From Escherichia coli (GTDB lineage: Bacteria > Pseudomonadota > Gammaproteobacteria > Enterobacterales > Enterobacteriaceae), in the NCBI RefSeq assembly GCF_030384885.1, contig NZ_CP128613.1: a DNA stretch of 64,000 bases; one strand, given 5' to 3'. The translations under genes and the position numbers were made by a program. Shown here in pieces: positions 47,493 to 59,253 of the stretch. Every line of letters starts with the position of its first letter. Within the stretch, counting starts at the first letter, position 1. The notes under the pieces were generated by a model. That model ran no database searches and was not told the DNA's origin. It saw nothing but the letters and a program-made list of their open reading frames with translations.

Positions 47493-48308
47493 ATGATCAT
47501 TACACGAGCAGACCTGCGAGAATGGCGTATCGGAGCGGTGATGTATCGCTGGTTCCTGCGCCATTTCCCACGCGGCGGTAGTTATGCCGATATTCATCAT
47601 GCACTTATTGAGGAAGGATATACGGACTGGGCGGAGAGTCTGGTTGAGTATGCGTGGAAAAAATGGCTGGCGGATGAAAACTTCGCGCATCAGGAAGTTT
47701 CTTCTATGCAAAAACTGGCCATAGATCCCGGAGGAGAGAGACCATTTTGCAGTCAGTTTGCCCGCAGCGACGATCATGCTCGCATCGGCTGTTGTGAGGA
47801 TAATGCCAGAATCGCAACTGCTGGGTATGCCGCGCAAATTGCCAGTATGGGTTATAGCGTGCGGATTGGAAGTGTCGGCTTTAACAGTCACATTGGCAGC
47901 TCCGGTGAACGCGCACGGGTTGCTGTAACCGGTAATTCTTCGCGGATAAGCAGCGCTGGAGATAGTAGTCGGATTGCGAATACCGGAATGCGAGTACGCG
48001 TTTGCACATTGGGTGAACGGTGTCATGTCGCCAGTAATGGTGACCTGGTGCAAATCGCCAGCTTTGGCGCAAACGCCAGAATTGCCAACAGCGGCGACAA
48101 TGTACACATCATTGCCAGCGGTGAAGATTCAACAATAGTGAGCACGGGCGTGGTCGACTCAATTATTCTCGGGCCAGGGGGAAGCGCCGCACTGGCATAT
48201 CATGACGGCGAAAGAGTTCGCTTCGCCGTCGCCATTGAAGGTGAAAACAATATTCGAGCCGGAGTCCGCTATCGCCTTAATGAACAGCATCAGTTTGTTG
48301 AGTGCTGA
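47493..48308 (+). CDS. ydhT: Uncharacterised protein with 15 tandem nonapeptide repeats
   Basis: 271-aa ORF; residues about 90-225 form 15 consecutive 9-residue units of pattern x-[R/H/Q]-[I/V]-x-x-x-G-x-x. Confidence 0.88.
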   Translation: MIITRADLREWRIGAVMYRWFLRHFPRGGSYADIHHALIEEGYTDWAESLVEYAWKKWLADENFAHQEVSSMQKLAIDPGGERPFCSQFARSDDHARIGCCEDNARIATAGYAAQIASMGYSVRIGSVGFNSHIGSSGERARVAVTGNSSRISSAGDSSRIANTGMRVRVCTLGERCHVASNGDLVQIASFGANARIANSGDNVHIIASGEDSTIVSTGVVDSIILGPGGSAALAYHDGERVRFAVAIEGENNIRAGVRYRLNEQHQFVEC

Positions 48309-48313
48309 TAGCT

Positions 48314-49924
48314 TTACATTTGATCAAACGAAAGACGCCGACGAGCACGGGATGCAGGCTTTACGACCGCCTGAGCCATCGCCTCACCAATTTCTGCACA
48401 TGCCGTAAGTCCCTGTACGAATGGCCGGTCGTGCATCAACCAGGGCAACGCGCCGAACGCTACGCGCCCACGAATTTCTTCGGGTTGCTGTAGCGTATAA
48501 TCTTCGCCAACATCCGGGATTTCATCGCCTGTTTTCTGTAATTGTTCGCGTAGCCCTGGGAAAGGAATGTCTTTCACTTTGAGCGGACGCTGCCCGCGGG
48601 CATCAATAAAAACGTCAAACGAGTAGCTATTGTTTTCCGTTTTCAGGACGGTGCGCGACTCATTAATTTCCATTTCGTAGTCTTCACCGAGGGCGAGAAT
48701 ATGAATGATTCCCGCTTCACGTAAGGCCAGTAGTCGACGAATAGACTCTGAAGGGATTGCCGCATAATTATCGATGAAAACCCGGGCAAGGCCTTTACTG
48801 AACCGTTTATGGTCGTGTTCATTCAGATGAGGAACAATTTCCTGTACGGCTTCATGCAGGCGCAGAATGACATAACGCCAGGGAACAGTATGTTTTTCTC
48901 GTTTATTGCGTTCGACTTCCTGGAGATTTTTTTCTGCCCAGTCGAATGGGTCGCGTTGTTTGCGCTCGGCAAACCAGGCTTGAGCAAAGGAATCGACATT
49001 CAGGCTCTCTAAGGCTATGCGTTGGCTCCAGTCTAGATCAGCAAATTTGATTTCCTCTACTATTAATTCGAATACTCGATCCAAAAGGCCCTCTTCGCCT
49101 TTTTGAATCTCCGCATTTAATGCCTGTTCAGTGACGATGTGTAAGGGCTCGTAGGGAATAGGGCAATAGAAATCGGCTTCCGGTAAAATACCCGTGCGTG
49201 ACATTAGCGTAATACTTAGCTTTTCACTTGTGTTATTGAGTTGATAAATAACATGTTGTTTATCATCTTCAATAAATGAACCATGTTGAATAGCCACTGC
49301 CATTGCCGCATCCAGTCCGCTCAAGGATGTTCCCATAATACCCACGTTACACGCATCAACCTTTGCTTCCATCAGGCCTGACCACGGGCTGGGAAAATAC
49401 GTTCTGGTTGCTTCTTCTTCATCAGGCCAGACGTGACCCGTCGCGATCACCGCTAAATCAAACGTCTCGATGGGTAAATCCTGATTTGTAGCGAGCATGA
49501 CGCCAGCATTTATAATTTTCAGATCGGTAACCTGGCATGATTCATAAACAGCCACTGCAAATTTTTGCTGTCGTGCCTGGTCTACTAATCGTAAAAATTG
49601 ATCGCGGAAATATTCGCCCAGCAGAATTCGCGGTAAAAACTGGCGATCGTGCAAGGTTTCTTTTTTAACGCCATAACGCTGGAGATGGCTGGCTTCTTGC
49701 TTTTGTAGCCATTCGAGATATGTACAAGAAATCGGCGGTATTTCAATACTGGCAATATTTGCCAGCATCAGTTTTGAGTTTTCCTCATCACTGTATGGCA
49801 TCCCGACACCGGCTTCGTCAGCCTGCTCGAAGATAGAAATAGAAAGTGGAGTTTGTTGCTGTAGAAGCGAGAATAAGGTGTAGATCCCCGTAGGCCCGGC
49901 ACCCACAATAGCAATTTTTTTCAT
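48314..49924 (-). CDS. ydhS: FAD/NAD(P)-binding oxidoreductase-like protein
   Basis: 536-aa ORF with N-terminal Rossmann motif (IAIVGAGPTGIYT). Confidence 0.9.
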   Translation of the reverse strand: MKKIAIVGAGPTGIYTLFSLLQQQTPLSISIFEQADEAGVGMPYSDEENSKLMLANIASIEIPPISCTYLEWLQKQEASHLQRYGVKKETLHDRQFLPRILLGEYFRDQFLRLVDQARQQKFAVAVYESCQVTDLKIINAGVMLATNQDLPIETFDLAVIATGHVWPDEEEATRTYFPSPWSGLMEAKVDACNVGIMGTSLSGLDAAMAVAIQHGSFIEDDKQHVIYQLNNTSEKLSITLMSRTGILPEADFYCPIPYEPLHIVTEQALNAEIQKGEEGLLDRVFELIVEEIKFADLDWSQRIALESLNVDSFAQAWFAERKQRDPFDWAEKNLQEVERNKREKHTVPWRYVILRLHEAVQEIVPHLNEHDHKRFSKGLARVFIDNYAAIPSESIRRLLALREAGIIHILALGEDYEMEINESRTVLKTENNSYSFDVFIDARGQRPLKVKDIPFPGLREQLQKTGDEIPDVGEDYTLQQPEEIRGRVAFGALPWLMHDRPFVQGLTACAEIGEAMAQAVVKPASRARRRLSFDQM

Positions 49925-50049
49925 TGTTACTTACCTGTACGCATTCTTTCGAATTTAGTGTTATCAGATAAGTTTGGTTGAAATTTTTAGAATTTGAGAA
50001 ATTTCAGACAGGGATGAAAAGGGCGCTAACCGCCCTTGGTTAAAATCAG

Positions 50050-50355
50050 TCAGGCGAGTTTTGCCTGATTGATTTGACTCAGTGGCTCATTGACATCGAA
50101 AACTTTGGCGACAACTTCCTCAACGCCGAGATTTTTCAGTCGGGCAGTATGTTTTTCCAGATAGGCAAGGGCGCTTTTTTCATCAGTGAAAAGGTAGATC
50201 CCACCGGCTTCGTGGTTCTTTTCACTTTCTGTCCATACCTTCCACAGAAAACCAGGTTCCTGATTAATCGACTCAGCAAGCGGTTTAAGCTGCTCAGCCA
50301 TTGCGTCGCCAAATGGGCCATTAAAAGCAAAATGAAGTTGTAACAAAGTTGCCAT
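50050..50355 (-). CDS. ydhR: Small Dabb/antibiotic-biosynthesis-monooxygenase-like protein
   Basis: 101-aa ORF; terminator hairpin downstream (aagggcg-gttag-cgccctt). Confidence 0.85.
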
Positions 50356-50462
50356 AGCGATTCTCCTTCTGATAACGCATACGAAGACAGTGTAAATCTT
50401 TTAACGTATTGGATACAGAGAAGAAACAGAGGGAAAAAGGAGAAGACCAGATTAAGAAAATC

Positions 50463-50539
50463 TGGTGCGTCCGAGTGGACTCGAACCACCGACCCCCACC
50501 ATGTCAAGGTGGTGCTCTAACCAACTGAGCTACGGACGC
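50463..50539 (-). tRNA. valW: tRNA-Val (anticodon GAC)
   Basis: minus strand GCGTCCGTAGCTCAGTTGGTTAGAGCACCACCTTGACATGGTGGGGGTCGGTGGTTCGAGTCCACTCGGACGCACCA: 77 nt, cloverleaf-compatible, encoded CCA; copy assignment valV vs valW inferred from gene order. Confidence 0.95.
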
Positions 50540-50543
50540 AGGA

Positions 50544-50620
50544 TGGTGCGTTCAATTGGACTCGAACCAACGACCCCCACCATGTCAAGGTGGTGCTCTA
50601 ACCAACTGAGCTATGAACGC
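50544..50620 (-). tRNA. valV: tRNA-Val (anticodon GAC)
   Basis: minus strand GCGTTCATAGCTCAGTTGGTTAGAGCACCACCTTGACATGGTGGGGGTCGTTGGTTCGAGTCCAATTGAACGCACCA: 77 nt, differs from its neighbour in acceptor and T stems; 4-nt spacer. Confidence 0.95.
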
Positions 50621-50928
50621 AACGTTGTAGGTGACAACGGGGACGAATATTAGCGGCAGAGTGGGAAGGTGGCAAGAGGCAAAACGTAATTTTCTGCGGT
50701 ATTTCGACCGTTTGCAGAGCTTTTAAGCAAATTGGCTATATTTTGTTGATTTGCAAGGGCGATTTTTATTCAGGATCGCATTTACATCTGACACAACCCA
50801 ATAATCTGTGTATCAGAGTTTAAACAGAGTTGTTTGCCACCATCTCAAAATCTGTCGTGGATAAATCCTCCGTAGCCTTTACACTTATGTAGCAATAAAG
50901 GCACACAGATGCAGCAAAGGAATAAATC

Positions 50929-52185
50929 ATGGGATCTGATGCGAAAAACTTGATGAGCGACGGGAACGTGCAAATTGTTAAGACCGGCGAGGTCATTGGC
51001 GCGACGCAACTTACTGAAGGTGAGTTAATTGTTGAAGCTGGCGCAAGAGCCGAAAATACCGTGGTCACGGGGGCCGGTTGGTTGAAAGTGGCAACCGGTG
51101 GGATCGCCAAATGCACACAGTACGGCAACAATGGCACGCTATCGGTCAGTGACGGTGCCATTGCCACAGATATTGTTCAGTCAGAGGGAGGCGCAATTAG
51201 TCTCTCTACGCTCGCTACGGTTAATGGCCGCCATCCAGAAGGTAAATTTAGCGTTGATCAGGGTTATGCCTGCGGTTTGTTGCTGGAAAATGGCGGTAAC
51301 CTGCGTGTACTGGAAGGCCATCGCGCGGAAAAAATCATTCTCGATCAAGAGGGCGGCCTGTTGGTCAATGGGACAACCTCAGTGGTCGTGGTAGATGAAG
51401 GTGGTGAATTGTTGGTGTATCCAGGTGGGGAAGCCAGCAATTGTGAGATTAATCAGGGCGGCGTTTTTATGCTGGCGGGGAAAGCCAGTGATACATTGCT
51501 TGCTGGTGGCACCATGAATAATCTCGGTGGTGAAGACTCTAACACTATTGTTGAGAATGGAGCCATTTATCGTCTGGGGACGGATGGCCTTCAGCTCTAT
51601 AGTTCCGGTAAGACGCAAAACCTGTCCGTTAATGTGGGTGGTCGGGCTGAAGTGCATGCTGGTACGCTGGAAAACGCGGTAATACAAGGTGGGACAGTGA
51701 TCTTGTTGTCACCCACCAGCGCGGACGAAAATTTTGTCGTAGAGGAAGATCGCGCACCGGTTGAACTGACCGGGAGTGTTGCATTACTGGACGGCGCTTC
51801 AATGATTATTGGCTATGGCGCAGATCTGCAACAATCATCGATTACTGTACAGCAGGGCGGTGTGTTGATTTTCGATGGCAGTACGGTAAAAGGTGACAGT
51901 GTCACTTTCAATATTGGTAACATCAATCTGAATGGTGGAAAACTGTGGCTGATCACTGATGCGGCAACGCATGTGCAACTGAAAGTGAAACACCTGCGCG
52001 GAGAGGGAGCGATTTGCCTGCAAACCAGTGCGAAAGAGATTTCACCTGACTTCATCAATGTTAAAGGGGATGTTAACGGTGATATACACGTTGAGATAAC
52101 CGATGCCAGTCGGCAAACTTTGTGTAACGCACTGAAATTACAGCCAGACGAAGACGGGATTGGCGCAACGCTCCAGCCTGCGTAA
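50929..52185 (+). CDS. ydhQ: Autotransporter-passenger-like beta-helix repeat protein lacking a translocator barrel
   Basis: 418-aa Gly/Asn/Val-rich ORF with imperfect repeats typical of AIDA-type passenger beta-helices; no C-terminal beta-barrel-length region. Confidence 0.87.
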   Translation: MGSDAKNLMSDGNVQIVKTGEVIGATQLTEGELIVEAGARAENTVVTGAGWLKVATGGIAKCTQYGNNGTLSVSDGAIATDIVQSEGGAISLSTLATVNGRHPEGKFSVDQGYACGLLLENGGNLRVLEGHRAEKIILDQEGGLLVNGTTSVVVVDEGGELLVYPGGEASNCEINQGGVFMLAGKASDTLLAGGTMNNLGGEDSNTIVENGAIYRLGTDGLQLYSSGKTQNLSVNVGGRAEVHAGTLENAVIQGGTVILLSPTSADENFVVEEDRAPVELTGSVALLDGASMIIGYGADLQQSSITVQQGGVLIFDGSTVKGDSVTFNIGNINLNGGKLWLITDAATHVQLKVKHLRGEGAICLQTSAKEISPDFINVKGDVNGDIHVEITDASRQTLCNALKLQPDEDGIGATLQPA

Positions 52186-52225
52186 AAACACAGGCGCAAC
52201 CCGTGAAGGTTGCGCCTTATCTTTA

Positions 52226-53620
<1,395 letters not shown>

Positions 53621-53813
53621 TTATATGAGAGACTAAAAAGCCGCCTGAATGGGCAGCAAAAAGAAGAAGCAGGGGAAATTCAGTCTATTGTAGCGAGGAT
53701 TTATTAATTCTCCAGTGAAAAAATAGCCATTCTTACCCCTTCACTGGTAAGGGCGTTTTCCACCTGCTATTGTGCTGAACAGAATGTCTTAACTGATTTC
53801 AGGAGTTGTAAGT

Positions 53814-54455
53814 ATGTTTACGGGGATTGTACAGGGCACCGCAAAACTGGTGTCGATTGACGAGAAACCAAATTTTCGCACGCATGTGGTGGAGTTACCC
53901 GACCACATGCTGGACGGTCTGGAAACCGGTGCGTCCGTGGCGCATAACGGTTGCTGCCTGACCGTGACGGAGATTAACGGCAACCATGTCAGTTTTGACC
54001 TGATGAAAGAAACGTTACGTATTACCAATCTTGGCGATTTAAACGTGGGGGATTGGGTAAATGTTGAGCGGGCGGCGAAATTTAGCGATGAAATTGGCGG
54101 ACACTTAATGTCAGGTCATATTATGACCACCGCTGAAGTGGCTAAAATATTAACCTCGGAAAATAATCGCCAGATCTGGTTTAAAGTCCAGGATAGTCAG
54201 CTGATGAAATATATCCTGTACAAAGGATTTATTGGCATCGACGGTATTAGCCTGACCGTCGGCGAAGTCACGCCAACGCGTTTTTGCGTCCATTTAATTC
54301 CGGAAACACTGGAACGCACGACTCTTGGGAAGAAAAAACTCGGCGCACGCGTCAATATTGAGATCGATCCACAAACTCAGGCAGTGGTAGATACGGTAGA
54401 ACGTGTGCTGGCGGCACGAGAAAATGCCATGAATCAACCAGGTACAGAAGCCTGA
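53814..54455 (+). CDS. ribC: Riboflavin synthase
   Basis: 213-aa [33 protein letters not shown]... with the internal duplication typical of riboflavin synthase; AGGAG SD. Confidence 0.95.
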   Translation: MFTGIVQGTAKLVSIDEKPNFRTHVVELPDHMLDGLETGASVAHNGCCLTVTEINGNHVSFDLMKETLRITNLGDLNVGDWVNVERAAKFSDEIGGHLMSGHIMTTAEVAKILTSENNRQIWFKVQDSQLMKYILYKGFIGIDGISLTVGEVTPTRFCVHLIPETLERTTLGKKKLGARVNIEIDPQTQAVVDTVERVLAARENAMNQPGTEA

Positions 54456-54461
54456 TCTGAA

Positions 54462-54484
54462 ATCGCCCCCGGAGCGGGGGCGAT
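54462..54484. terminator. Bidirectional hairpin terminator between ribC and cfa
   Basis: atcgcccccg-gag-cgggggcgat between convergent stops. Confidence 0.7.
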
Positions 54485-54494
54485 AGAATAGCCT

Positions 54495-55643
54495 CTAGCG
54501 AGCGACTCGAAGGCCGTTTTCGACTCCGCGAGAGAACACCACCTGCCAGAGCTGAATATCACGGGCGCGGAAAGCACCTGCACAGGCATTCAGATAATAG
54601 GTAAACATCCGTTTAAAGCGTTCACTGTAGTTATCCGCAATTTCTGGCCATGCGGCGAGGAAACGTTCATACCACGCCATCAACGTAGTATCGTAATCAG
54701 CACCGAAGTTATGCCAGTCTTCCATCACAAAGTGGGGTTCGCTGGACTGAGCAATCTGGCGTACAGAGGGCAGGCAACCGTTCGGGAAAATATATTTATT
54801 AATCCAGGGATCAACATTCAGATCGGTTTTTTTCGAACCGATAGTATGGAGCAGGAATATACCTTCCGGTTTCAAATTACGATCCACCACCGCAAAATAG
54901 GTATCGTAATTTTTCGGTCCGACGTGCTCGAACATCCCCACAGAAACAATACGATCAAACTGGTCGTTCAGGTCACGATAATCTTGCAGCAAAATGGTGA
55001 CATCCAGGCCTTCACAGCGTTCCTGAGCCATTTTTTGCTGTTCAGCAGAAATGGTGACGCCCACCACGCTTACGTCATAGTTAGACGCCATGTAATGCGC
55101 CAGTCCGCCCCAACCACAGCCAATATCCAGTACGCGCATCCCTGGTTTTAACTGCAATTTTTCACAAATCATTTTGAGCTTCGCCTGCTGGGCAGATTCC
55201 AGATTATCGGCATCTTTCCAGTAAGCGCAGGAATATTGCATGAAGGGATCAAGCATGCGGCTGAACAAGTCATTACCCAAATCGTAATGCTCTTTGCCGA
55301 CTATCCAGGCACGTTTTTTACTCTGCAGATTGAAGAGACGAGCGCCGGCAATACGCAGCGTGTCTTTGAAATGATGGGGGAGTTGGTTCTCGAGACCTGC
55401 GCGTAAGACTTTGCTAAAAAACATATCCAGTCGGTCACATTCCCACCAGCCATCCATATAACTTTCGCCTAACCCCAAAGAGCCTTCCTGCAGAACGCGT
55501 TTAAAAAAATCGGGGTTTTTGACACGAATATCCGCCGGGGCAGAACCGTTAATGGCTATACCGGCACGGCTAAGTAATTCGTTGGCGATACGGTACCAGT
55601 TGTCATCCGGTACACTGACTTCTTCTATACACGATGAACTCAT
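54495..55643 (-). CDS. cfa: Cyclopropane-fatty-acyl-phospholipid synthase
   Basis: 382-aa ORF with SAM-methyltransferase motif (VLDIGCGWGG). Confidence 0.95.
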   Translation of the reverse strand: MSSSCIEEVSVPDDNWYRIANELLSRAGIAINGSAPADIRVKNPDFFKRVLQEGSLGLGESYMDGWWECDRLDMFFSKVLRAGLENQLPHHFKDTLRIAGARLFNLQSKKRAWIVGKEHYDLGNDLFSRMLDPFMQYSCAYWKDADNLESAQQAKLKMICEKLQLKPGMRVLDIGCGWGGLAHYMASNYDVSVVGVTISAEQQKMAQERCEGLDVTILLQDYRDLNDQFDRIVSVGMFEHVGPKNYDTYFAVVDRNLKPEGIFLLHTIGSKKTDLNVDPWINKYIFPNGCLPSVRQIAQSSEPHFVMEDWHNFGADYDTTLMAWYERFLAAWPEIADNYSERFKRMFTYYLNACAGAFRARDIQLWQVVFSRGVENGLRVAR

Positions 55644-55933
55644 AGTTTCTCCATCACTGGTCGGTGATCAGAACCTTAAAACAGCGTAGACGCTTTTTGG
55701 GCTTTGTGAGAAATATCGCAGAAAAATCCGCGAGTCTATAATCCGACGTAGAACAGAGGGAAAGGAGGAACCCTTGCCGAAATGACCATCCATAGTGAGT
55801 CGGGAACGATCCTGTCCCCGTAAAAACATAATATTTATCGTAGCTTTAACAACTCGAAATTAGTATAGGCCGCTAATTTCAATCATACAACAAAATTTTG
55901 TTAGCAGCCTAAGTATAAGCATATCGATATAGA

Positions 55934-57145
55934 TCAGTGTGATTCGCTATGAGCGACTTCGGCATTGCCATGATTCTGGCAGTCTACTTCTTCACAACGT
56001 TGCATCATGTAACCCAGAGCGACCAGCACTACTGTTGATAACATCACGCTGGTGGTGGTGAGCAATGGCGTGCTGATACTGATAAGCCAGGAAACTACCA
56101 GACTTGCGAGGAAGCACAGACCCAGTTGTAGAGTGTTCTGCAACGCTGCGGCGCGACCAGTTGCATGTGGGAAAGGACGCAGTGCCTGGGCGACAACAAT
56201 CGGGTAGATCGCGCCGTTGGCAATCGCCATCACACAGAATGGGATCAGGATTTCGGCCAGCGACACATGGCTAATGAAGCCCGCAGCCCAGGTCGCAATG
56301 ACGCTGACAGCAAACAGCACCAGCAACCACGGTAATAACTGCTTGCCTTGCCATTTTTGTAGTGCGGCGCGACAGCCATAGCCACCAATCAGAAACGCGA
56401 TAGTTTGCGGGACATAGCTTAAACCAATCACTGCCGGGCTGTAACCCATTTCGCTAAGGATGAACGGTGAACCGGTCAGCCATGCAAAAAAACTGGCTGA
56501 ACAGGCCGCGTATACCAGCACGTTGCCGCGATAGGTTTTAGAACGTAGCAGATCGGTAAAGGTCAGACCATCCTGACTATTGTTACGGGCCTTCGTCGTG
56601 GGTTTGAGCCAGAAAATAGGCAGAATCAGCACCACGGTAATGGCAAACAGGGTGGCGAATATCGCCTGCCAGGAAAAATGGACCAGCAGCCAGCTTCCTA
56701 ACAGAGGAGCCAGTGCCGGAGATAGACCCACCAGCGGCATGATGGTCGCAAAAATACGGTTAACTTTCTGTGAAGGATAATAATCTGTCACTAATGCTTG
56801 CCAGATAACCGCCGCGGCGCAGACACCTACAGCCTGTACAAAACGCAATACCAGCAGCGTGGCGGCGTTTTCAACCCACAGCATCCCCAGACTACCTAAC
56901 GCAAAAATTGTCAGGCCGATGAATAACACCGGTTTACGACCATAACGGTCGGAGAGCGGCCCCCACAGAAGCTGGGCTGCGGCAAATCCGGCAAGGAACA
57001 GACTAAGGCTGGCACTGACAGCAGACGCAGGCGTTTGCAGGTCGGCCTGTATGGCGGCGAAAGCAGGCAGATACATATCGGTTGCCAGAAAACCGAGTAC
57101 GCTCAAACCTGCCAGCCAGACTAAAAATCTTTTCCCAGGTTGCAT
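55934..57145 (-). CDS. ydhC: MFS transporter (Bcr/CflA-type)
   Basis: 403-aa hydrophobic ORF. Confidence 0.9.
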   Translation of the reverse strand: MQPGKRFLVWLAGLSVLGFLATDMYLPAFAAIQADLQTPASAVSASLSLFLAGFAAAQLLWGPLSDRYGRKPVLFIGLTIFALGSLGMLWVENAATLLVLRFVQAVGVCAAAVIWQALVTDYYPSQKVNRIFATIMPLVGLSPALAPLLGSWLLVHFSWQAIFATLFAITVVLILPIFWLKPTTKARNNSQDGLTFTDLLRSKTYRGNVLVYAACSASFFAWLTGSPFILSEMGYSPAVIGLSYVPQTIAFLIGGYGCRAALQKWQGKQLLPWLLVLFAVSVIATWAAGFISHVSLAEILIPFCVMAIANGAIYPIVVAQALRPFPHATGRAAALQNTLQLGLCFLASLVVSWLISISTPLLTTTSVMLSTVVLVALGYMMQRCEEVDCQNHGNAEVAHSESH

Positions 57146-57257
57146 GTATATTCTCTAAATCTCTCAATTAAACACCGCCGCAAAGTGTAGGGAGTGAAAT
57201 TAGTGTTGTGAAACGGTAATATTTGATGACTGGTTTCAAAAATTTTGCAGGCAGACT

Positions 57258-58190
57258 ATGTGGTCAGAATATTCACTCGAAGTTGTTGATGCGGTAGCGC
57301 GTAATGGTAGTTTTAGCGCTGCAGCCCAGGAGTTGCATCGCGTTCCTTCTGCGGTCAGCTATACCGTGCGTCAGCTGGAAGAGTGGCTGGCGGTGCCTCT
57401 GTTTGAACGACGTCACCGTGATGTGGAACTGACCGCTGCCGGAGCGTGGTTTCTCAAAGAAGGGCGCTCTGTTGTCAAAAAAATGCAGATCACTCGGCAG
57501 CAATGTCAGCAGATAGCGAACGGCTGGCGCGGTCAGTTAGCTATCGCAGTGGATAATATTGTCAGGCCAGAACGTACACGGCAGATGATCGTTGATTTTT
57601 ATCGCCATTTTGATGATGTCGAACTTCTTGTCTTTCAGGAAGTGTTCAACGGTGTCTGGGATGCGCTTTCCGACGGGCGCGTGGAACTGGCGATTGGCGC
57701 AACACGCGCGATTCCGGTAGGCGGTCGTTATGCCTTCCGGGATATGGGGATGCTAAGCTGGAGTTGCGTTGTTGCCAGCCACCACCCGCTGGCGTTGATG
57801 GATGGCCCGTTCAGCGATGATACGTTGCGCAACTGGCCGTCATTGGTGCGCGAAGACACCTCGCGAACGCTACCTAAACGTATTACCTGGTTGCTGGATA
57901 ACCAAAAAAGACTTGTCGTGCCTGACTGGGAATCATCGGCAACCTGTATCTCGGCAGGATTATGCATAGGGATGGTGCCAACACATTTCGCCAAACCGTG
58001 GCTTAATGAGGGGACGTGGGTAGCATTAGAACTGGAAAACCCCTTTCCGGATTCGGCATGTTGTCTGACATGGCAGCAAAATGATATGTCGCCTGCGTTA
58101 ACCTGGTTGCTTGAGTATCTCGGCGATAGTGAGACGCTGAATAAGGAGTGGCTGCGGGAGCCGGAAGAGACTCCCGCAACGGGTGATTAA
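57258..58190 (+). CDS. punR: LysR-family transcriptional regulator
   Basis: 310-aa ORF with N-terminal LysR HTH; divergent from ydhC (punC). Confidence 0.9.
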   Translation: MWSEYSLEVVDAVARNGSFSAAAQELHRVPSAVSYTVRQLEEWLAVPLFERRHRDVELTAAGAWFLKEGRSVVKKMQITRQQCQQIANGWRGQLAIAVDNIVRPERTRQMIVDFYRHFDDVELLVFQEVFNGVWDALSDGRVELAIGATRAIPVGGRYAFRDMGMLSWSCVVASHHPLALMDGPFSDDTLRNWPSLVREDTSRTLPKRITWLLDNQKRLVVPDWESSATCISAGLCIGMVPTHFAKPWLNEGTWVALELENPFPDSACCLTWQQNDMSPALTWLLEYLGDSETLNKEWLREPEETPATGD

Positions 58191-59212
58191 CGACGATAGT
58201 CTCGGAACGGGCCGTCAGCCACGGAGCGGCGTTCAATCAAGCGCGGATGCACTTCAATGGACTGCGGTTCTTCACGTTTGTTGACGATACGATCCAACAG
58301 CATGTTGAACGCTGTTTCACCCAGCGAATCTTTTGGCTGATGGATCGTGGTCAGCGCCGGCGTAAAATAGCGGGCGTTGCGCACGTTATCATAACCGATC
58401 AGCGAAACATCCTGCGGGACGCGCAGACCCATTTCATCAGCAGCACAAAGTGCGCCCATTGCCATGATATCGCCACCACAGAAGACGGCAGTAGGGCGAT
58501 GCGGCTGCGACAGTATTTGCTGCATGGCGCGATAACCGGATTCAGGTTCAAAGTCACCCTGTACAATCCAGCTTTCCGGCACCTTGATCATCGCTTCTTC
58601 CATCGCCTTCATAAAACCGGCAAGGCGGCCTGCGCCAGTGTTACGTTCCAGCGGGCCGGGGATAACGCCGATTTCGCGGTGACCGCGTTCAATCAGATAA
58701 CGCCCGGCCATGTAGCCGCCTTCGAACGCGTTATCAATGACCGCATCGGTGAAGTCAGCTTTTGCTTCACCCCAGTCCATTACCACCATTGGGATATGGC
58801 GATACTCTTCCAGCATCGTCAGCAACGGCTCTGGGTACTCAGAACACATCACCAGCAGACCATCGACGCGTTTTTGCGCCATCATCGACAGATAAGCCCG
58901 CTGTTTCTCAAGATTGTTCCACGCATTACCCAGAATCAGGGTGTAACCTTTCTGGAAGCAATTTTTTTCAACCGCTTCAATTATCTCGGCAAAATAGGCC
59001 GCTTCGCTGCTGGTCGCCAGCAAACCGATAGACTTGGTGTGGTTAACCTTCAGGCTACGCGCCACCGCGCTAGGGGAGTAGTGTAATTCTTTGATCGCTG
59101 CCCACACGGCGTTGCGCGTTTCTTCAGCGACGAAACGTGTTTTGTTGATTACGTGTGACACAGTTGTAGTGGAAACGTTTGCTCGTTTCGCTACATCTTT
59201 TATTGTTGCCAT
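58187..59212 (-). CDS. purR: Purine repressor (LacI family)
   Basis: 341-aa [68 protein letters not shown]... Confidence 0.97.
   Translation of the reverse strand: MATIKDVAKRANVSTTTVSHVINKTRFVAEETRNAVWAAIKELHYSPSAVARSLKVNHTKSIGLLATSSEAAYFAEIIEAVEKNCFQKGYTLILGNAWNNLEKQRAYLSMMAQKRVDGLLVMCSEYPEPLLTMLEEYRHIPMVVMDWGEAKADFTDAVIDNAFEGGYMAGRYLIERGHREIGVIPGPLERNTGAGRLAGFMKAMEEAMIKVPESWIVQGDFEPESGYRAMQQILSQPHRPTAVFCGGDIMAMGALCAADEMGLRVPQDVSLIGYDNVRNARYFTPALTTIHQPKDSLGETAFNMLLDRIVNKREEPQSIEVHPRLIERRSVADGPFRDYRR
59171..59186 (-). promoter_or_regulatory. PUR-box-like operator inside the 5' end of purR coding region
   Basis: minus strand GAGCAAACGTTTCCAC, matching PurR-box core CAAACGTTT; lies in codons about 9-14 of purR. 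Confidence 0.6.
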
Positions 59213-59253
59213 TCCATTTCACTCCAGACCCTAACTTCAGCTCCTGCAAAATC

